Source: a virus (lineage: Duplodnaviria > Caudoviricetes). From it: a stretch of DNA of 64,000 bases. The notes beneath the pieces were generated by a model, which was given only the letters and a program-made list of their open reading frames with translations, did no database searches and was not told the DNA's origin. The stretch is from the IMG/VR virus record IMGVR_UViG_3300021431_000075, positions 480,001 through 544,000 of that record. One strand, written 5' to 3'. Shown here one piece after another: positions 50,705-59,447 of this stretch. A program made the translations under genes and the position numbers. Position 1 is the stretch's first letter. Each line of letters opens with the position of its first letter.

Positions 50705-51493
50705 TTATGCATTCTTTTGACCATTCTCGGTTAATTTTATGATACCGAATACCGCATAATTGATTATGTCAAGATAGTTCGAATCGACACCTTCCGAGAT
50801 TAGCGTTTTTCCGTCATTCATCTCAATCATCATGTTTCTTGAAATCTTTGTTAGAATGAAGTCTGTATATGAGCAGGTTCGCATCAGTCTCCATGCTTCG
50901 TTGTAGTCATGGTTCTTCTTCATCATCAAATCAAAAGCAAGTTTCGCAAACTTGTCATATTTGATGATTGCTTCATCGACACTCAAGTCATTGACCGAAT
51001 AGTCAGTCTCAAGCTGAATAAGCGCGATGATTCCGTAATTGACGATTGCTATGAATTCAGGATATATTCCCTCTCCGACTTTCGATATGCCAATGTCCTC
51101 AAGATTTCTTATCCTTGTTGCTTTGATAAGCAACTGGTCTGTGACAGACATCGGTCTCAAGAACTTCCAACTTACGCCATAGTCCTTAATCTTATCAATG
51201 AAGATGTTTCTGCATTCTTTCAGCGCGGCTATGAACTCTTGTTCTGTTCTTGATGCGTTGTCGGTCATATTGTTTTGTTCTCTTGCTTTTGCTTGCTCTG
51301 TTGTCTGGTCTAAATGATTTTTTTCCGGTTCTGATGGTTTTTGTTCTTTTGATTCAATTTCTGAATTGATGTAGTTTTCTTCTTTCTGAATCCCATCTAC
51401 ATCTGCTGAACTGTTAATGCTTTCTTTGAAGTTTCTCTGAAGCTTATCAACACAGTTGGAAAATTCTTGCTGATTTGTGAATGTTTCGCTCAT
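50705..51493 (-). CDS. DUF1599 (nucleotide-modification-associated) tandem-domain protein
   Basis: K..DYG.SW and KNHDY.EAW repeats, D.INYA; upstream TTTG-N19-TATATTTG promoter at 51569-51599. Confidence 0.82.
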   Translation of the reverse strand: MSETFTNQQEFSNCVDKLQRNFKESINSSADVDGIQKEENYINSEIESKEQKPSEPEKNHLDQTTEQAKAREQNNMTDNASRTEQEFIAALKECRNIFIDKIKDYGVSWKFLRPMSVTDQLLIKATRIRNLEDIGISKVGEGIYPEFIAIVNYGIIALIQLETDYSVNDLSVDEAIIKYDKFAKLAFDLMMKKNHDYNEAWRLMRTCSYTDFILTKISRNMMIEMNDGKTLISEGVDSNYLDIINYAVFGIIKLTENGQKNA

Positions 51494-51667
51494 CTTTATT
51501 TCATTTCTTTTTTTCTTATTTTATATATCAATCTCTATTTTCAATAGAGATTTTTTTCATTCATTTTGCAAATATAAAGAAAAAAATTAAGTCTGCAAAA
51601 AATTGTTAATTTTTTTGCAGACTTTTGATGTTTATGGTTGGAAATTCAATCGTTTAGAATGATTTCA

Positions 51668-54268
51668 TCAAGAAAAGTTTATAGTCACGTCATACTTGGC
51701 AAGGTCTTCAATCTGTTTTGCATTTCCAGCATTGTAGATATATGCAATCTGGTTATGCTCTCCGAGATTCACGCCTGAAACAAATTCACCGTTGTACTTG
51801 CAGTTCTTGAAGTTGATTGTCATAGTGCTGATTGCTTCTGTGATTGCTGGATTCTGAAGCATCGCATCGTTTTGTGCAGGCTGGTAGAGAAGAAGACCGG
51901 CATAAGTGAAATCCGTCTTGCCAGCATCCTCGTAGTTCCATTCAACGTTCTCGAAATTGATAGTGATGTTCTTTGAGTTTGCATAGTTAGCAATTCTCAT
52001 CACATTGGAGTTTTCAGGGTCTAAGTTGAAGTAACTATCCTTGACAGTGATAACTGCGTTTTCAGCAGGAGTATAGACATTGATGATGTTGTGTTTGAGT
52101 TTCACATCGTCGATGTATATGTTGCTGAATGTAACAGTCTTGTTCAGGCTGCTTGCATCGTTTGGTGTCTGAGAACCTTCGAACATGTTGTATACGGTTG
52201 TCGTCTCGTCTGTAATCGTCAAGTTCTTGACTTCGAGTTCAGGAGTCTTGTAGTTAATCTTTCCGTTGTTCGTTCCGTCTTTGCCGCCGCCGATTTCAAT
52301 GCCATCGACAACCACGTTGTCAGTAGCATTCAATTTGATTGTTGAGTCAACTTCTCCGCCAACGACTGCGATAGCCTTGAATGTAGTCTCGCTGGAAGTC
52401 ATTGCTTCAACAGCCTCTGTAGATGTCAAGACAAGATTTGTCTGCAATGCGGTTTCTGCAGGGATTGCTGCGATTTCTGCTGATGTTGATGCTACAGCAA
52501 GGTTGGTCTGGTTCTTTTCAAGAACTTCGATTCTTGTAAGAAGCTTTGAGAGCATTCTATTGACTTCATTTGCAGAAGTGAAGTTGCTATCATTAGTAAG
52601 TTCGCTGACATTTTCTGGAACAGTAACATTAACATTTCCTTCTGTATCAGGTTTCTGACCATTGACAGTCTTTACAAACTTGCTCATGTCTGTTGCAAGA
52701 ACATCAAGTTGTTCAGCAGAGAGTTTTGTTTGATATGTTTGTGCAATGTTTGCAAATTCAGTTGCAACATCATTTGCATTTGCATAATTTGCAAGTTCAT
52801 CACTTGTTGCATAACCTTCAAGAGCATCTTGTGTAAGATAATTACCTTTTTCTTGATAATGTTCTGCTACGCTTGCATCGGTTGCATAGTTTTCAAGTTC
52901 TGTCTTTGCTGCATAAGTTGATGCAAGGTCGGTAGTTTTCGTATATTCTTCAAGTGCAGTTGAAATGTCAGACTTCTTTGCAAAGTTTTCACCGAGAGAT
53001 GCTTCTGTCAAGTAGCCCTTTCCTTCAAGTTCAGTTTTAGTTACGAGATTGTTAAGATCTGTCTTTGCTGCATAAGTTGATGCAATGTCGGTAGTTTTCG
53101 TATATTCTTCAAGTGCAGTTGAAATGTCAGACTTCTTTGCAAAGTTTTCACCGAGAGATGCTTCTGTCAAGTAGCCCTTTCCTTCAAGTTCGGTTTTGGA
53201 CACGAGAACGTTAAGATCTGTCTTTAATGCATATCCTTCAAGTGCGCTTGCTGTAAGATAATTTCCTTTTGGTTGATAATTATCTTCAACATCTTTGCTC
53301 TTTGCATAGCCTTCAAGTGCAGTTCCGGTCAAAAAGTTCTTGCCGTCGATGATTGTATTTACATCACTTTCGGTTGTAAAGCCATTAACTTCTGATTTCT
53401 TTGCATAAGTAGATTCAACGTCTGCGCTTTTTGCATAGCCTTCAAGTGCAGTTTCAGTCAAGAAGTTCTTGCCGTTGATGATTGTATTTACATCACTTTC
53501 GGTTGTAAAGCCGCTAACATCCGTTTTCTTTGCATAAGTAGAATCAACATCTGCGCTCTTTGCATAGCCTTCAAGCGTGCTTGCAGTGATATACTCTCCC
53601 TTTTGCTGATAGTAACCGTCGGCTTGTGTCTTTGTAAGGAAATTTTCAACTTGAGAGTTGATTTCATCAATATCGGCTGCCATCTTTGCTGCGCCAGATG
53701 TGTCATTCTTAATCCAGTCAGCAATTTCTTTCAAAGTGTCAAAATCTGCATCTGCGTTTGCAACAACTTTTGCAATCTCTGTTGAAATCTTGGAATCAAC
53801 TTCTGATTTCTTGCAATAATCGTTGAGTGTCGCCATCGTGACGAAATTCGTCAAATCTGCAAGAGCATTAATCTGTGCATCTGTAAGTTTGTCCTGCTTT
53901 CCTGCCAAATCGGAACTTGATGCGAAACCGAACGATGACAAGCTGACAGTAGCAGGATTCTTGCCTTCATTATATGTCAGAACAAGATTTCCATTTGAAA
54001 CTGAAACACTCTTGATGTAGTAGTCCTTGTCGTTTGATTTGTATTTGTTGATAGCAGTAGTGATTTTCTGGTCAACCTTGTTCTCGCTGATTCCTCCCGG
54101 ACCGCCAGAAGATGCGATTGCCTTTGCAATCTTTTTGTCAACATCTGTTTGTGTGACATGGTTCTCCTTAGCCGCCGCTGCTGCTTGCTCGACAATCTTC
54201 TGATTAGCTTCTTTCAAGTCTTGCCAGTCGTCTATAAACTGCTGCGCATTGTTTGTTTTAAGAGACAT
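51668..54268 (-). CDS. Tail-fibre-like protein with internal 43-aa and 53-aa repeats and a beta-rich C-terminal domain
   Basis: DFDTLKEIADWI, YAKK.D, GNYLT, VKTVNGQKPD..GNV, VSELTND motifs; TGATAAATA at 54310-54318. Confidence 0.75.
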   Translation of the reverse strand: MSLKTNNAQQFIDDWQDLKEANQKIVEQAAAAAKENHVTQTDVDKKIAKAIASSGGPGGISENKVDQKITTAINKYKSNDKDYYIKSVSVSNGNLVLTYNEGKNPATVSLSSFGFASSSDLAGKQDKLTDAQINALADLTNFVTMATLNDYCKKSEVDSKISTEIAKVVANADADFDTLKEIADWIKNDTSGAAKMAADIDEINSQVENFLTKTQADGYYQQKGEYITASTLEGYAKSADVDSTYAKKTDVSGFTTESDVNTIINGKNFLTETALEGYAKSADVESTYAKKSEVNGFTTESDVNTIIDGKNFLTGTALEGYAKSKDVEDNYQPKGNYLTASALEGYALKTDLNVLVSKTELEGKGYLTEASLGENFAKKSDISTALEEYTKTTDIASTYAAKTDLNNLVTKTELEGKGYLTEASLGENFAKKSDISTALEEYTKTTDLASTYAAKTELENYATDASVAEHYQEKGNYLTQDALEGYATSDELANYANANDVATEFANIAQTYQTKLSAEQLDVLATDMSKFVKTVNGQKPDTEGNVNVTVPENVSELTNDSNFTSANEVNRMLSKLLTRIEVLEKNQTNLAVASTSAEIAAIPAETALQTNLVLTSTEAVEAMTSSETTFKAIAVVGGEVDSTIKLNATDNVVVDGIEIGGGKDGTNNGKINYKTPELEVKNLTITDETTTVYNMFEGSQTPNDASSLNKTVTFSNIYIDDVKLKHNIINVYTPAENAVITVKDSYFNLDPENSNVMRIANYANSKNITINFENVEWNYEDAGKTDFTYAGLLLYQPAQNDAMLQNPAITEAISTMTINFKNCKYNGEFVSGVNLGEHNQIAYIYNAGNAKQIEDLAKYDVTINFS

Positions 54269-54408
54269 AATGGTATTTTTGAATTTGTGACGATTTATCT
54301 ATTATAAATTATTTATCAAAATGTCTCTATTTGTCATTTGGTTCAAATGCAATAATGAAAAAAAAACAGCATCCGATTGAATGCTGTTTTTTTTTGATTT
54401 TTTGATAG

Positions 54409-54882
54409 TTATTGTTCTTCTTCAACTTCAAAATTTTCAAGATTTGTAGATGGTTTCTTGCTCTTTCTTCCGTTCTTTGACGGACTCTTTTTCTCTTGAC
54501 TGTTTTCAACAGGTTCTCCGTCAAGCATGTATATGTTTCCTATTTGCAGCGTTTCCGGTTCTTCCATAATCGAGTTAGAGTCTATCGACTGTATATTTAG
54601 AATCTGTGAGAAAGATGCTTCGAACTTTTCGATTCTTTGCGTCAGGTTATTGAGTTGCTCATTGATTTTCACGAACTCGTCGCTGTTGTTGTTCTTCAAA
54701 TCTTCGTAGTTGACAGACAGTTCATCGAACTTCTCGTTGACTGTATCAACAGAATCGACAAGATCTCCGATGCCTTTCTTTTTGCCGCCGAGAATTACAA
54801 GAACAAGCATAATTATCTGAACTACAAATACTAATAATATTAATGTCGTTTGTAGTCCGCTGCTTAATAAAAGTGTTACCAT
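54409..54882 (-). CDS. Membrane-anchored coiled-coil protein
   Basis: N-terminal hydrophobic helix followed by a coiled coil; overlaps the M13 gene stop. Confidence 0.65.
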   Translation of the reverse strand: MVTLLLSSGLQTTLILLVFVVQIIMLVLVILGGKKKGIGDLVDSVDTVNEKFDELSVNYEDLKNNNSDEFVKINEQLNNLTQRIEKFEASFSQILNIQSIDSNSIMEEPETLQIGNIYMLDGEPVENSQEKKSPSKNGRKSKKPSTNLENFEVEEEQ

Positions 54883-56894
54883 AATTTCGCTCTTCTTTCT
54901 TTGTTTATATATAATTTATCATTCTTGCTTATTTTGAATGCTGAATACCACTCGTCGAACATCGGAAGTGTGCCGTTCACCCTGATGTAGTTGGGGCAAT
55001 GCTCGTCATTTTCTATTCTGTGCTTGATGACTTCTTCTGTCGATACGCCAGCCCAGCAGTTTGCAAAGTTGAGGAAGAAACGCTTCTTCCAGTCATAGCC
55101 GTCCTTCATCATTCCGTTCTTTCCGTACAGTTCTGCTTCGCTGAACATCGGTTCTCCGCGGTCATCTTTCATTGCAAGCAGTTCAGACAGGTATCGAACT
55201 TTTTCACCGTATATCATCTTAAGCGCGTTGTATGCAATCTTGAGACCGCCAAAGTCTGCGATATTCTCATTCAGCGTCAAGTCTCCGTTGCACTTGATTC
55301 CGGGAAGCGCGTAAATCTCGTTGAAATGGTCTCTTGTGTTCTCGGATAGTTCGTCGAACTCCTCACTTTCATCATCAGTCCACCAGTCGAACACGTTTCC
55401 GTCTATGCCGAACAGTCTTCCATAACTGTCAAAGCCGTGTGTCATCTCATGACCGATAATAACACCTATGCCCCCATAGTTGTCCGAATCATCCGCATCC
55501 TTGTTGAAGAACGGTTCCTGCAATACAGCTGCAGGAAAGCAAATCTCGTTCTTCATCGGACTGTAGCATGCATTGACTTTGTGTGCATACATCGGCCACT
55601 CTTCCATATCAACATCCTTGTCGAAATAGTCATTGATATATCTATTGTGAGAATATACCATAATCTCCCTTGTCATCTCGAAGTATGACACGTTGCTATT
55701 GACCGGCATGTCGGTATAGTCTTTCCACTTGTCCGGATAACCGACCTTGCACTTCATCATGGAAAGTTTCTTCAATGCATAGTTCTTTGTTTCCGGACAA
55801 AGCCATGACTGGTTTGATATGATTTCAGCATAACTTTTCTTAAGGTTTTCTATCAATAAAATCATCTTGTCTTTCGACTCTTTCGGAAAGAATTTCTCTA
55901 CATACTTCTGTGCAAATGTCTCACTGAAGAAACTTTCAACTTTGTCAAGTTCGCGTTTCCACAGTTCAGGTCTCTCTTTGACGCCGGTCATGAACTGAAT
56001 GAACTCGAATGCGATTTCTTCTATGTCAACTCTTAATGTATCTTTATAATTATCAATAAGATGGAAGATTGCATTGTCTTTCATCTCGACAAGAGTCATC
56101 GTGTTAATCAGTTCAAATGCTTTCTTGATGGCATCAACTTGAGCGATGTTCACTTTCTTCACATCGTTCATTCCGAACCAAGACAAATACTTGTTCAAAT
56201 CAAACTCGACAAGCTTGCTTGCTTCCTCTATATCCATCATATGATAGTTATACATCGGGTCCATGCACAGTTCTTCGATGCTGTATGAAACTTCCGCTAT
56301 CTGGCAGTCAAAGTCAATAACAGTGTCTATGATTCTGTCTATGTCGTTTTTCTGGAAATTGAGGGCAGTTAGAATATCAACCTTGTTCTTTGCAAACTTC
56401 TTCAGAACTTCTTGCTTGTACGGGTCGTTTGATGTGTAATATGACTTGTTGTTCAGAAGGAGCTTCTGTGAAAGCATCACTTCATAGTGGTTCGAATTCT
56501 TGAAATCCGGGACACACTCGACGCATAGCAAGAAATTGTATGCAAGTTCTTTCTGGCAGAATTCAATGACTTCGTCTTTTGTGTTGAAAGACATTATCTT
56601 GTTGATGTACGGAAGCATGACACGTATTCCTTCCGAGTCTCTTTTGTCATAGTTGGACATCGTCTTGTAGAATGTTGCAATCTTGTATGACATGACATCC
56701 CCGCCGCCGGGATTCTTAACAATCTCGTCAAGAATTTCCCGGTTCTGCTGTCTGACTTTGTTCTCTATGACATTCCAGCAGTCCCATTGTGCTTCGTCAT
56801 CAGGTTTCGGATTCAACTCAATCCACTTTCCGGTAGCAAACTTGAAAAAGTCGTCACCGGGCTTTATGTCATTATTAATATACTCTTTGTTCAT
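54876..56894 (-). CDS. pepO: M13 family zinc endopeptidase (PepO/neprilysin-like), no signal peptide
   Basis: PGDDFF...G.W, VGYPDKW, VNA.Y.P..NEI.FPA, GHEMTHGFD, ENIADFGG, R.NG. Confidence 0.93.
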   Translation of the reverse strand: MNKEYINNDIKPGDDFFKFATGKWIELNPKPDDEAQWDCWNVIENKVRQQNREILDEIVKNPGGGDVMSYKIATFYKTMSNYDKRDSEGIRVMLPYINKIMSFNTKDEVIEFCQKELAYNFLLCVECVPDFKNSNHYEVMLSQKLLLNNKSYYTSNDPYKQEVLKKFAKNKVDILTALNFQKNDIDRIIDTVIDFDCQIAEVSYSIEELCMDPMYNYHMMDIEEASKLVEFDLNKYLSWFGMNDVKKVNIAQVDAIKKAFELINTMTLVEMKDNAIFHLIDNYKDTLRVDIEEIAFEFIQFMTGVKERPELWKRELDKVESFFSETFAQKYVEKFFPKESKDKMILLIENLKKSYAEIISNQSWLCPETKNYALKKLSMMKCKVGYPDKWKDYTDMPVNSNVSYFEMTREIMVYSHNRYINDYFDKDVDMEEWPMYAHKVNACYSPMKNEICFPAAVLQEPFFNKDADDSDNYGGIGVIIGHEMTHGFDSYGRLFGIDGNVFDWWTDDESEEFDELSENTRDHFNEIYALPGIKCNGDLTLNENIADFGGLKIAYNALKMIYGEKVRYLSELLAMKDDRGEPMFSEAELYGKNGMMKDGYDWKKRFFLNFANCWAGVSTEEVIKHRIENDEHCPNYIRVNGTLPMFDEWYSAFKISKNDKLYINKERRAKLW

Positions 56895-56929
56895 CGAATA
56901 ATGAATGTAACTTATCTTTCTTTGTTTGT

Positions 56930-57919
56930 CTAAAACAGAGGCTGTGAGTGTACGAGATTGTTCGGTATTTGCTGGTATCCGAGAATGTCAAGGACTTTGT
57001 TGCAGAATGACAATATTGTTTTCTCGAACTGAATATCCATGTCTATGCTGACTCTGAACTCTCCCGGAAAACTCCCCGGAACATAGGCAAATACTTCATA
57101 AGGGTTGTTTGCTGCATTTGAATAGAACCACTTGATTTTATCAGCATTCTTAATCGGGTTGTATTTTACTTTGTACTTCTTGTTCTCCGGCTTGTTCAGG
57201 AAGTAGTTGTACACTCCTGCGGCCTTGATGTGAGCCGGACACTTGTCTGCAATCACAAGCTCTCCCTTGTCTTTCAGTATGTAGTTGTCATAGTTTCCGA
57301 CGGATGAGCCGAACGAAATCATATCCGGGTCCTTGTACTCGAAATCGGCTTTATATTTCTCTATTTTTCCGACAAGCATGTCAAGACTGAGTTTCTCGTC
57401 GTTGTCACGGTACCAGTCAAGAACGAACTTGACGAAGTCCTCCATGCATTCGCGTGCGTATTCGGACGTAGAACTCTTTACAATCTCAAGTCCCTTGTAT
57501 AGAATATGAGAGCCTTTCGGCAAGTAGATGTTAGGCTCCTCCCAGCATTTTGACATCGCATATCTTTTCTTTGCAAAAAGCAGAGTCGTGTCCGCTATCT
57601 TCTCGAGCTCAAGATTCTGTATGTTCTTGTCACAGTTGTATTCTTTTGCATACTCTTCATATTTATTATTCATGTACGGTCCGAGAGAATAGTTCCACAA
57701 GTCAACAACGAACTTCGTTTGATCTTCTTTTGGAACATTGCACCATTTCAAGATTCTTCCGAACTCTACATAAATCGAGTTGTGGACGAGAATTTCGTTC
57801 GCAAAAAACATATGGGTTTCGCCGACTTCGATGTCATATACATATTCATCATCAAAGTCCGGAAGCACTTCGATGCTTTTTATATTTTCTACCTTATAAT
57901 TTGTTTGACTAAAATCCAT
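56930..57919 (-). CDS. DNA polymerase B C-terminal fragment fused to split-intein C-half
   Basis: YVYDIEV...H.FFAN.ILVHN|S intein end, then SIYV, LELE, KKRYA, KGLEIVKSST; ATG at 57919 (the ORF track starts at a TTG at 57931). Confidence 0.92.
   Translation of the reverse strand: MDFSQTNYKVENIKSIEVLPDFDDEYVYDIEVGETHMFFANEILVHNSIYVEFGRILKWCNVPKEDQTKFVVDLWNYSLGPYMNNKYEEYAKEYNCDKNIQNLELEKIADTTLLFAKKRYAMSKCWEEPNIYLPKGSHILYKGLEIVKSSTSEYARECMEDFVKFVLDWYRDNDEKLSLDMLVGKIEKYKADFEYKDPDMISFGSSVGNYDNYILKDKGELVIADKCPAHIKAAGVYNYFLNKPENKKYKVKYNPIKNADKIKWFYSNAANNPYEVFAYVPGSFPGEFRVSIDMDIQFEKTILSFCNKVLDILGYQQIPNNLVHSQPLF
57779..57919 (-). mobile_element. Split intein C-fragment (about 47 aa)
   Basis: Blocks F and G with terminal His-Asn followed by Ser+1. 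Confidence 0.9.
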
Positions 57920-57989
57920 GATTTTTAACAATTAAAACATAAGCAAATAAACTTATAATGTGAAAATATAAGTATTTTCGCTTATAAAT

Positions 57990-58355
57990 TTAGACAGGAA
58001 TCTTGATGTACACGGGAATGTAATCCGTTTGACCTTTTTCTTTGAACAAGATAAACAAATAGTCGGTATCGAATTCAATATCGTTTGTTTTGACAGGATG
58101 CTCATCATCCAGCAAGTCAACATTCACGACGGTTTCTGAAGTTGCTCCGTTCGTGTCTGTGTACTGGATGATTTTGCCGCTCAATGAACCATGTGAATCA
58201 TCAAGAACGCTAAATCTCGTCACATAGTAGTTCTTGATCTCATATTTGCTTTTGTCTGCATCAAAAAACAAGTCATTTGAACCATTTGACATTTCGATTG
58301 TAATGCCTTCTTTTTCATTGCGTATCTTGTACTTTGAAGTTAGCGGATTTTCCAT
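57990..58355 (-). CDS. Hypothetical protein inserted between the split-intein halves
   Basis: 121-aa ORF; no HNH, LAGLIDADG or GIY-YIG motif visible. Confidence 0.7.
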   Translation of the reverse strand: MENPLTSKYKIRNEKEGITIEMSNGSNDLFFDADKSKYEIKNYYVTRFSVLDDSHGSLSGKIIQYTDTNGATSETVVNVDLLDDEHPVKTNDIEFDTDYLFILFKEKGQTDYIPVYIKIPV

Positions 58356-58365
58356 AAATTTAATT

Positions 58366-59409
58366 TTAAATTGTTATTATCTTGTCGGTTTCCGGATTTA
58401 TTTCTTGCGCAGTAACTGATATGAGAATTCCGTCCCTGACGACCATGCAAGAGTGATCTCCTGTCACGATGACTTCTTTGCCGGATTCTGTTGTTATCTT
58501 GTACTTTGACTTCTTGACCTTATGTCGCATGATGTATCTGATTTGTTTATCACAAACTGTATCTGTGCTTGCGTCATATGTCTTTGTCGTTAATGTGATG
58601 TCTGACGGCGCAGGTACGACTTGGGTTCCGTTCGGAAGCATTATTACAGTATCAATGTTCATGTACTTGATTGCAGCGAAAGCGTCTTTGATTGCTATCT
58701 TTTCATCATTTATATCAATAACCGAGTTCCCGTCAATGCTGTCTGTGTCTCCTGCCACGCTTAATGATTCAGTTCCGTCAAGATAATCATATTCTGGACC
58801 GGTCAAAGGCTTTGATTCCGTTGTCTTTCCCTTTGATATGTCGAATGTTCTTGCAAGTTCGGGATTGACTTTTAGTTTGTCCCATAATTTCGCATTTCTC
58901 TTGAACCAGTCGCAGTGACCTTGGCTGTTGTCCTTGATGCATCCGATTAGATCCGGCGTCAGTCTCTTTCCCTTTTTGACAGCAGGGACATAGCTCTCGC
59001 ATTCTTCCCATGTTCCGCTGGCATAATAGTCTTCCGGCTTTTCTTTTGAACCGAAGTCAAAACGTTTTCCATCTTTGTCTATGTGAATCCACTGGTAATG
59101 TAGAATAATGTCCGGATTGCTTTGAAAGATTCCGCTAAAGTACCTGTTCACAGAGTTCTCCGAGAAGTGGTTCAGGTCTCTTCCTTGCGCTGTAATGCTT
59201 TCTGCTATTGCCGTATTGTGTGCAAAGAAGTGCTTACTTCCCAATGCGCCATATACCGAGTTGATGAACTTCTTGATGGCAAGCTGCTTTGTCTCGAAGT
59301 ATCCGGCACGGCTGTGCAAGTCAACGACTTGTTTCTTCAATTCTTCTATTGGACAGTCATACGGATTCTTGAGCCACGCATACTTGAATTTGTCTATTTT
59401 ATTGTCCAT
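58366..59409 (-). CDS. DNA polymerase B fingers/palm fragment fused to split-intein N-half
   Basis: Motif B QLAIKKFINSVYGALG, AESITAQGR, AGDTD| then intein block A SIDGNSVI and block B VIVTGDHS. Confidence 0.92.
   Translation of the reverse strand: MDNKIDKFKYAWLKNPYDCPIEELKKQVVDLHSRAGYFETKQLAIKKFINSVYGALGSKHFFAHNTAIAESITAQGRDLNHFSENSVNRYFSGIFQSNPDIILHYQWIHIDKDGKRFDFGSKEKPEDYYASGTWEECESYVPAVKKGKRLTPDLIGCIKDNSQGHCDWFKRNAKLWDKLKVNPELARTFDISKGKTTESKPLTGPEYDYLDGTESLSVAGDTDSIDGNSVIDINDEKIAIKDAFAAIKYMNIDTVIMLPNGTQVVPAPSDITLTTKTYDASTDTVCDKQIRYIMRHKVKKSKYKITTESGKEVIVTGDHSCMVVRDGILISVTAQEINPETDKIITI
58369..58740 (-). mobile_element. Split intein N-fragment (124 aa)
   Basis: Ser1 directly after GDTD; TxDH block B; ends at a stop codon with no endonuclease domain or block G. 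Confidence 0.9.
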
Positions 59410-59447
59410 TTTTGCTTTTTTGAAAACCGATAAAAACTAAACCATCT

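Noticed and set aside
12278-56894. Bacterial chromosome origin suggested by clpX, mtnN and pepO
   Set aside because: These genes are interspersed with tail sheath, UvsX, gp41 helicase and T4-like RNase H, and clpX and mtnN carry the phage-specific promoter.
57920-58365. Group I intron or contiguous intein with a frameshift joining the polB halves
   Set aside because: Each half has its own start or stop and ends exactly at intein block boundaries, with an intact independent ORF between them; no intron core structure was recognised.
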